This document shows, piece by piece, positions 62,331 through 64,000 of a DNA stretch of 64,000 bases. Position 1 is the first letter of the stretch; every line of letters starts with the position of its first letter. Source of the DNA: Rhizodiscina lignyota (lineage: Eukaryota); assembly GCA_010015805.1 (NCBI GenBank), contig ML978130.1, forward strand, positions 1,054,001 through 1,118,000, read 5' to 3'. The position numbers and the translations under genes were made by a program. Under the pieces are notes generated by a model, which was not told the origin of the DNA, did not search any database, and was given only the letters and a program-made list of their open reading frames with translations.

Positions 62331-64000
62331 TTGAAAGACTCTCCCCAAGTCCCGACGAATCCATCGGTAGAGATCCTCCTTGATTATAATGCAGACACTG
62401 AGCTAAAGACAAATACTTCGCGTTCGACGGCGCTCCACGTGGCTGCAAGTCATGGGTATGTTGAGATCGTTGAGACTCTTATAAAGAAGCGCGCAAGTAT
62501 CGATGCGATAGATCTCAATGCGATAGATTTCGATGGATGGTCTGCGTTACATTACGCTGCAAGCAAGAACAACCTCCCTTTGGCAAAGGCACTCCTCGAA
62601 AACGGTGCAAATACCGGACTAAAGACGCGCGGTACGGGTCATACTGCGCTCCACAAAGCTGTAGATGGTAAGTACGTCGAGATGATAAACTATCTCATAA
62701 AGCAAAAAGCAACAAATATCGACGAGACAGACGATTATGGGTGGTCTGCTTTACATCACGCCACGGACAAGAGGTATATATCTGTACTGGAGGCACTTAT
62801 CCGAAAAGGCGCGAAAATGGAGCTAGGCACAAGCACTACAGGTGCGACACCGCTACACCTAGCTATATATCGTGGATCCTTCAAGGTCGTGGAATTTCTC
62901 ATCAGGAAGAAGGCAAACGTCTGTGCAATGACTTGGGAAGGCGAAACAGTTCTACACATTGCTCTACAATCTGCATGGGATGACGAAAGCGTGGGAGCCC
63001 AGGCAAATAATACAGGGGGTGGAAACAGGATTTTGGATCACATCATAAAAAATATTGACAAAGGGAAGCAGTGGCAGGAGCTATTGAACGTCGCTCGACG
63101 TGAAGAGAATCGATCTAGATTGAAATACTTGGTAGAGAGAATGGATAATGGGGACATGACAAGGTGGATGCCTTTGGAACGCATCTGGCTTGCTATGAGT
63201 GAAAAAAGGTTTCATGGATTGAAAGACAATCTCAGAGCTGAGGTTGGCCTCAACGCGTTTACAAGTAACATGAAGCAGGAGCTCACCGGCAATTGTGATG
63301 TTCTTAAGCTTGCAGCGTGCCTTGGAGAAGATGAGATTGTGAGGTGGCTTCTTAGAACTAGACACTGGTCCGAATCAGAAAAAGAAGAAGCGAAGAAGCG
63401 AACCAAGAGGCCTCAGTGGGTTACAAAGGAAGCCTTCGAAAGATTGAATGACGGGAAGCTCATCTGGGACACCCCATTTGTCCGGGATGGGAAAAGGGCG
63501 GCCGAAAAGTTTCGTCGACCTTCGCCAAAAGGGCTTGCCGAAAGTTTGCACGAGAACAAGCTTAAAGCTGCTATTATGGATTTTGTTGTCCATGATCAAC
63601 AAGTCGATTTCATGTATTTCGACCGCGATGTCTCCCAAATCATTTACGGAAAGGATGGCGCTGCCGGAGGAGAAACACTCAAAAAGTTTGCAAAGGACGC
63701 CGCAACGCAATTGGAAGATCCAACCATATTCCAGCCGGAATTGCGAGGCAAATGGCCCAGCTTCAGGTGGATACACCTACCCGCTAATTGTGTGAGTAAA
63801 AACAACCCACCCAAAAGCTAAGAACAATTATTGATATTACCCAGATAGATTGGATGAACGTAAGTAGCTCTTATGCTGCTCACAAGAATGGAGTTAACAA
63901 TTTACTCTTTAGGACATAACCTTATCCATATATCTTGAAAAGGATACAAGGAAGGATAATTGGCAAAGCACATTGCAATCTCTACGGCAAAGTTGGGATG
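62331..64000 (+). CDS. Ankyrin-repeat protein, 3'-partial (continues beyond the window); 5' end unclear
   Basis: About six ankyrin repeats (TALHVAA, GWSALHYAA, GHTALHKAV, GATPLHLAI, GETVLHIAL). FRWIHLPAN precedes introns, a motif I associate with fungal ankyrin/CorA-like fusion proteins. Confidence 0.85.

Overview
Gene-dense, intron-containing DNA from a filamentous ascomycete (Pezizomycotina-type GT..CTRAY..AG introns), with about 28 protein-coding loci. Conserved housekeeping genes include an NRP1-like RNA-binding protein, cysteine synthase, YCG1, TIM22, GTR1, YAR1, a PQ-loop transporter and an Opi1/ccg-8-like factor. The standout is a five-gene cluster of about 12 kb (45053-56841): a fungal-specific transcription factor, a D-amino acid oxidase, an (R)-selective fold-IV amine transaminase, an UNC-93-like MFS transporter and an N,N-dimethylformamidase large-subunit homolog. 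It is bracketed by a degenerate ~95-bp direct repeat. These genes could form a pathway: amide uptake, amide hydrolysis, (R)-amine transamination to D-Ala, then DAO release of NH3 with pyruvate recycling. This would give fungal (R)-amine transaminases a physiological role (inference). Two other candidates are (i) structured ncRNA elements, one Pol III/U6-like and one pseudoknotted three-way junction, inside an unusually long 1147-nt intron, and (ii) a possible alternatively spliced, membrane-anchored cerato-platanin. Family calls come from recalled motifs only; no searches were run.
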